DNA of 62,898 bases, counting the filler, from Octopus bimaculoides (Eukaryota), in assembly GCF_001194135.2 (NCBI RefSeq). It is 5 parts of 4 records of this genome, joined end to end, with 100 filler letters (N's around TTAATTAATTAA, not from the genome) between each part and the next. Parts side by side here need not be neighbours in the genome. Positions count along the whole stretch, not along the records: positions 58,480 to 61,397 come from NW_026376591.1; positions 61,498 to 62,898 come from NC_068983.1; 3 more parts are not named here. One strand, 5' to 3'. The notes below the pieces were generated by a model. That model was given only the letters and a program-made list of their open reading frames with translations. It searched no databases and was not told the DNA's origin. The first letter of the stretch is position 1. Every line of letters begins with the position of its first letter. Shown in pieces: positions 59,690 to 62,898 of this stretch. A program made the position numbers and the translations under genes.

Positions 59690-60560
59690 TACCTGATTGT
59701 AGTAGACAGTTATACTAAGTGACCGGGAATATGTAGATGTAGGAAACCAACCCCTACGGTAACTACAGAATTTCTTCATGAACTCTTTGCAAGATATAGT
59801 GTCCCAGACACCATAGTATCTGATAATGGTACGCAGTTTACAACATATGAGTTTTTAAATTTTTGCAAAATGTATGCAATTGAACACATATCTACTCCAC
59901 CATATCACCCAAGATCAAACAAGCAAGTAGAACGGTTCATGGATACATTTAAAAGAGCATTAAAGAAATCAAGGAACAAGCTAGTTGCTGACACAGCATT
60001 GACACAATTCTTGAGGCTTTAGAGGATAACACCAAACATAAACATCTGTTCAGGCAAATCACCTACTGAACTAATATTTGCTCAAAAAATGTCAATTTTT
60101 GACAAGCTGTTACCAGTAAGAAAAACAATTAGGGAAAAAACACTAAAAATATGACAAAGTAATTTAATATTGGTGACAAGGTGTCTTTCAAAGTATATAC
60201 AAATGGAAGAGAAGGTTGGGAAGATGGAGTAGTAACAAACGAATAGGCAAAATGACATATATGATAAGAAGCAAAAAAATGAGAATACAGAAGACATTTT
60301 ATACCAGTTAAAAAATAGATATACGGAAAAAAGAAAAGAGATGCCCCTGGAAGTGCTCTATGACACCTTTCGTGTTCCAACACCACAAGAAGTTGAGCCT
60401 AGGCATAGCAGCATAAGAAAGAGGAAACAAACAGAATGATTGGAAGTAGTGCCTAAAGGGGAAAAATATTAAACTTCCCTAGGAAGTAAATCTCAAAGGG
60501 GAAGATGTTGTGGCAAGAGTGATTGACACCCCTGGGGGACTGGAAGAATGGACTAACCGA
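59690..60560 (+). mobile_element. Ty3/Gypsy LTR retrotransposon 3' part (integrase core, PPT, start of LTR)
   Basis: LIVVDSYTK*P..PDTIVSDNGTQFT..PPYHPRSNKQVERFMDTFKRAL..GKSPTELIF (DDE); polypurine tract AAAGGGGAAGA 60495-60505 followed by TG. Confidence 0.85.
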
Positions 60561-60563
60561 ACT

Positions 60564-60707
60564 CTTTAGTTGAGCAGATCGACCCCCAGGACTTATTCTT
60601 TGTAAGCCTAGTACTTATTCTATCGGTCACTTTTTGCCGAACCGCTAAGTTACGGGGTTGTAAACACACCAGCATCGGTTGTCAAGCGATGTTGGGGGGA
60701 CAAACAC

Positions 60708-60742
<35 letters not shown>

Positions 60743-60903
60743 TGACAAGCTTTTTTCAGTTTCCGTCTACCAAATCCACTCACAAGGCTTTGGTCGGCCC
60801 GAGGCTATAGTAAAAGACACTTGCCCAAGGTGCCACGCAGTGGGACTGAACCCAGGACCATGTGGTTGGTAAACAAGTTACTTACCACACAGCCACTCCT
60901 GCC
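60564..60903 (-). mobile_element. SINE family B, full length and young
   Basis: All modules present, CpGs retained; truncates the LTR. Confidence 0.9.
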
Positions 60904-60914
60904 TTGAGAAATTT

Positions 60915-61208
60915 TTAATCAAATGAATTGACTCCAGTACCTTCATTTCTCTTTTTTAAGCCTGGTACTTATTCTGTTGGTCTCTTTTGCTGAACCACTA
61001 AGTTACAGGTATGTAAACACACCGACACTGGTTGTCAAGTGTTGGTGGCGGACAAACACAGATAGAAGATACATACATAGATTGTATACGACAGGCTACT
61101 TTCAGTTTCCATCTAACACATCCACTCACAAGGCTTTGGTCGGCCTGAGGCTGTAGTAGAAAACATTTGTCCAAGGTGCTCCACAGTGAGACTGAACCCA
61201 GAACCATG
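60915..61208 (-). mobile_element. SINE family B, older and CpG-decayed
   Basis: Same modules with CpG changed to TpG/CpA relative to the neighbouring copy. Confidence 0.8.
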
Positions 61209-61441
61209 GCTCCCGTAGCTGTGGCTGGTATAAAACTGTTTGGACAAACGATTCAGTTTGGGCATGAGAAAATAAAGCAGAAACAAAGGTGTTTAAGATG
61301 CCAGCCATCAGAAAGTGACAGGTGTCCCCCATTGAATGGGGTACAGTGGGGGTGGGGTACAGTGGGGGAACTACGATAGGAATGTTGGATCATGTGANNN
61401 NNNNNNNNNNNNNNNNNNNNNNNNNNNNNNNNNNNNNNNNN

Positions 61442-61453
61442 TTAATTAATTAA
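61442..61453. other. scaffolding linker TTAATTAATTAA (assembly artefact)
   Basis: Same 12-mer within an N gap. Confidence 0.9.
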
Positions 61454-61498
61454 NNNNNNNNNNNNNNNNNNNNNNNNNNNNNNNNNNNNNNNNNNNNG

Positions 61499-62898
61499 GG
61501 GGCCTTCCCTGTCTTCATACTCTTAATTGCTTTATCTACCATGGTACTGTCAACTCGGATAGCTGGTCCCTCTGTTGGGTCGACATTCAGCAGACTCTCT
61601 TTCTCCCATTCATTCTCTTTATTGAACAATCTTTCGTAGTGGCGTCTCCAAACCTCTTTCTTTGCAGCCTCATTTAGTGCAAGCGAACCATCATCCATGC
61701 GAACACATTTCTCTCCCACGACATCACGATTCTCTCTCTCAAGTCTTTGGTCCTCACGGCGCTGAACATTGGCAAACTTTTTCCTATCTGCTTCCCCTCT
61801 GGCTAAATAAACCTGTCGCCTAGCTTCCCTTCTGGCAGTCTGATACAGTTCTCTGCTACCACCGTTTTTCCAGCCTTTCCAAGCCTGTTTCTTTTTTCTA
61901 ATAGCCTTGTCAACAACATTGTTCTACCACCACGTTATTTTCGGTCGAGAAGGGACCTTGCACCATCCACAGATCTGGTCGGTGGCCCTCAGTAGGTTGT
62001 CCCGTAGAAACGTCCAGTTGTCCTCTANNNNNNNNNNCCCACTACTAACTTGGTCACCTAGATAGCGGAAGCTATCAACCACTTCTACTTTTTCTCCCTG
62101 GAATGTGACAGAAGTTGTTTTCTGTACATTCACAGTGTTTATAGCTACTGAACATCTGCTACATACAAAAACTAACTTCCTAGTTAACCTTCCTTTGATA
62201 TTGCTGCACCTCTTATGTGTTCATAGCTTGCACTGGGTGCATCTTATAGAGTTACTACCCACGCCTTTTCTACAGATTGAGCAGGGCCATCTACCCAAAG
62301 GGGTTTGTGTTTTGTCTGCCTTCCTATTTATTAGGACTTTGGTTTTAGCTAGGTTGACTCTAAGGCCCTTCGATTCTAGTCCTTGCTTCCACACTTGAAA
62401 CTTCTCCTCTAGTTCTGATAGTGACTCAGCAATTAGTGCAAGGTCATCAGCATAGAGGAGCTCCCAGGGGCACCCTGTCATGAATTCCACTGTTATAGCC
62501 TGGAGGACTATGATAAATAGGAGGGGGCTGAGGACAGGACCTTGGTGGACCCCTACCTCCACCTGGAATTTTTCACTGTACTCATTGCCAACCCTCACCT
62601 TACTGACAGCGTCTCTGTACATGGCTCGCACAGCTCTCACTAACCATTCTTCTATCCCTAGTTTCCTCATTGACCACCAGATGAGAGATCGGGGGACTCT
62701 GTCGAAGGCTTTCTCCATGTCAACAAAAGCCAGGTACAGAGGTTTATCCTTGGCTAGGTATTTCTCCTGAAGCTGTCTTACCAGAAATATAGCATCAGTG
62801 GTGCTTTTCCCAGGCATGAACCCAAACTGCATCTCATCTAAACTGACTCGCTCCCTAAGTAGTTGAGCTATGACCCTCTCTGTGACTTTCATTACCTG
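61499..62898 (-). mobile_element. RTE-clade LINE ORF (RT with embedded PHD-like finger, plus pre-RT linker), runs off the right edge
   Basis: QFGFMPGKSTTDAIF, FVDMEKAFDRVPR, GVHQGPVLSPLLF, LYADDL, GLRVNLAKTK, FRYLG; linker TWW..WRRHYERLFN..KTGKAP. Confidence 0.9.

Noticed and set aside
17292-61453. Four identical TTAATTAATTAA islands inside N runs, superficially a spaced repeat
   Set aside because: This is a six-frame-stop scaffolding linker centred in 100-bp gaps, not biology. It also means adjacency across these points is less certain.
59720-62223. TGA codons at expected Trp positions in the Gypsy integrase and RTE, theoretically repairable by A-to-I editing
   Set aside because: TGG to TGA is a common neutral transition in decaying TEs, and these copies carry other lesions; there is no evidence without RNA data.

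Overview
AT-rich, gap-riddled, microsatellite-dense eukaryotic genomic DNA. It is most consistent with an octopus (coleoid cephalopod) assembly; this is inferred from the long intronless C2H2 zinc-finger ORF, the simple-repeat load and the recurrent SINE families. The only clear host protein-coding sequence is a 647-aa tandem C2H2 ZNF (23983-25926, +), with a candidate ETS-motif promoter and non-coding 5' exons upstream. A second promoter/first-exon signature at about 57.1-57.3 kb suggests another gene running off the right edge. The rest is decayed TEs: R4/Dong, Tx1-like, RTE, RTE-BovB and CR1/L2-group LINEs, Penelope-like RT, Gypsy integrase, mariner/Tc1 and Merlin transposases, MITEs, a HINE-like element and over 25 SINE copies. 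Top observations: a foldable minimal hammerhead ribozyme motif (38622-38664) plus two degenerate ones; a PHD-like finger inserted inside an RTE reverse transcriptase (62152-62289); a TAA-microsatellite insertion hotspot; a LINE/SINE shared 3' tail; and a hairpin insertion with a 13-bp duplication inside a mariner. Most ORFs in the supplied track are microsatellite or N-gap artefacts. Coordinates were read by eye and TE ends are approximate.
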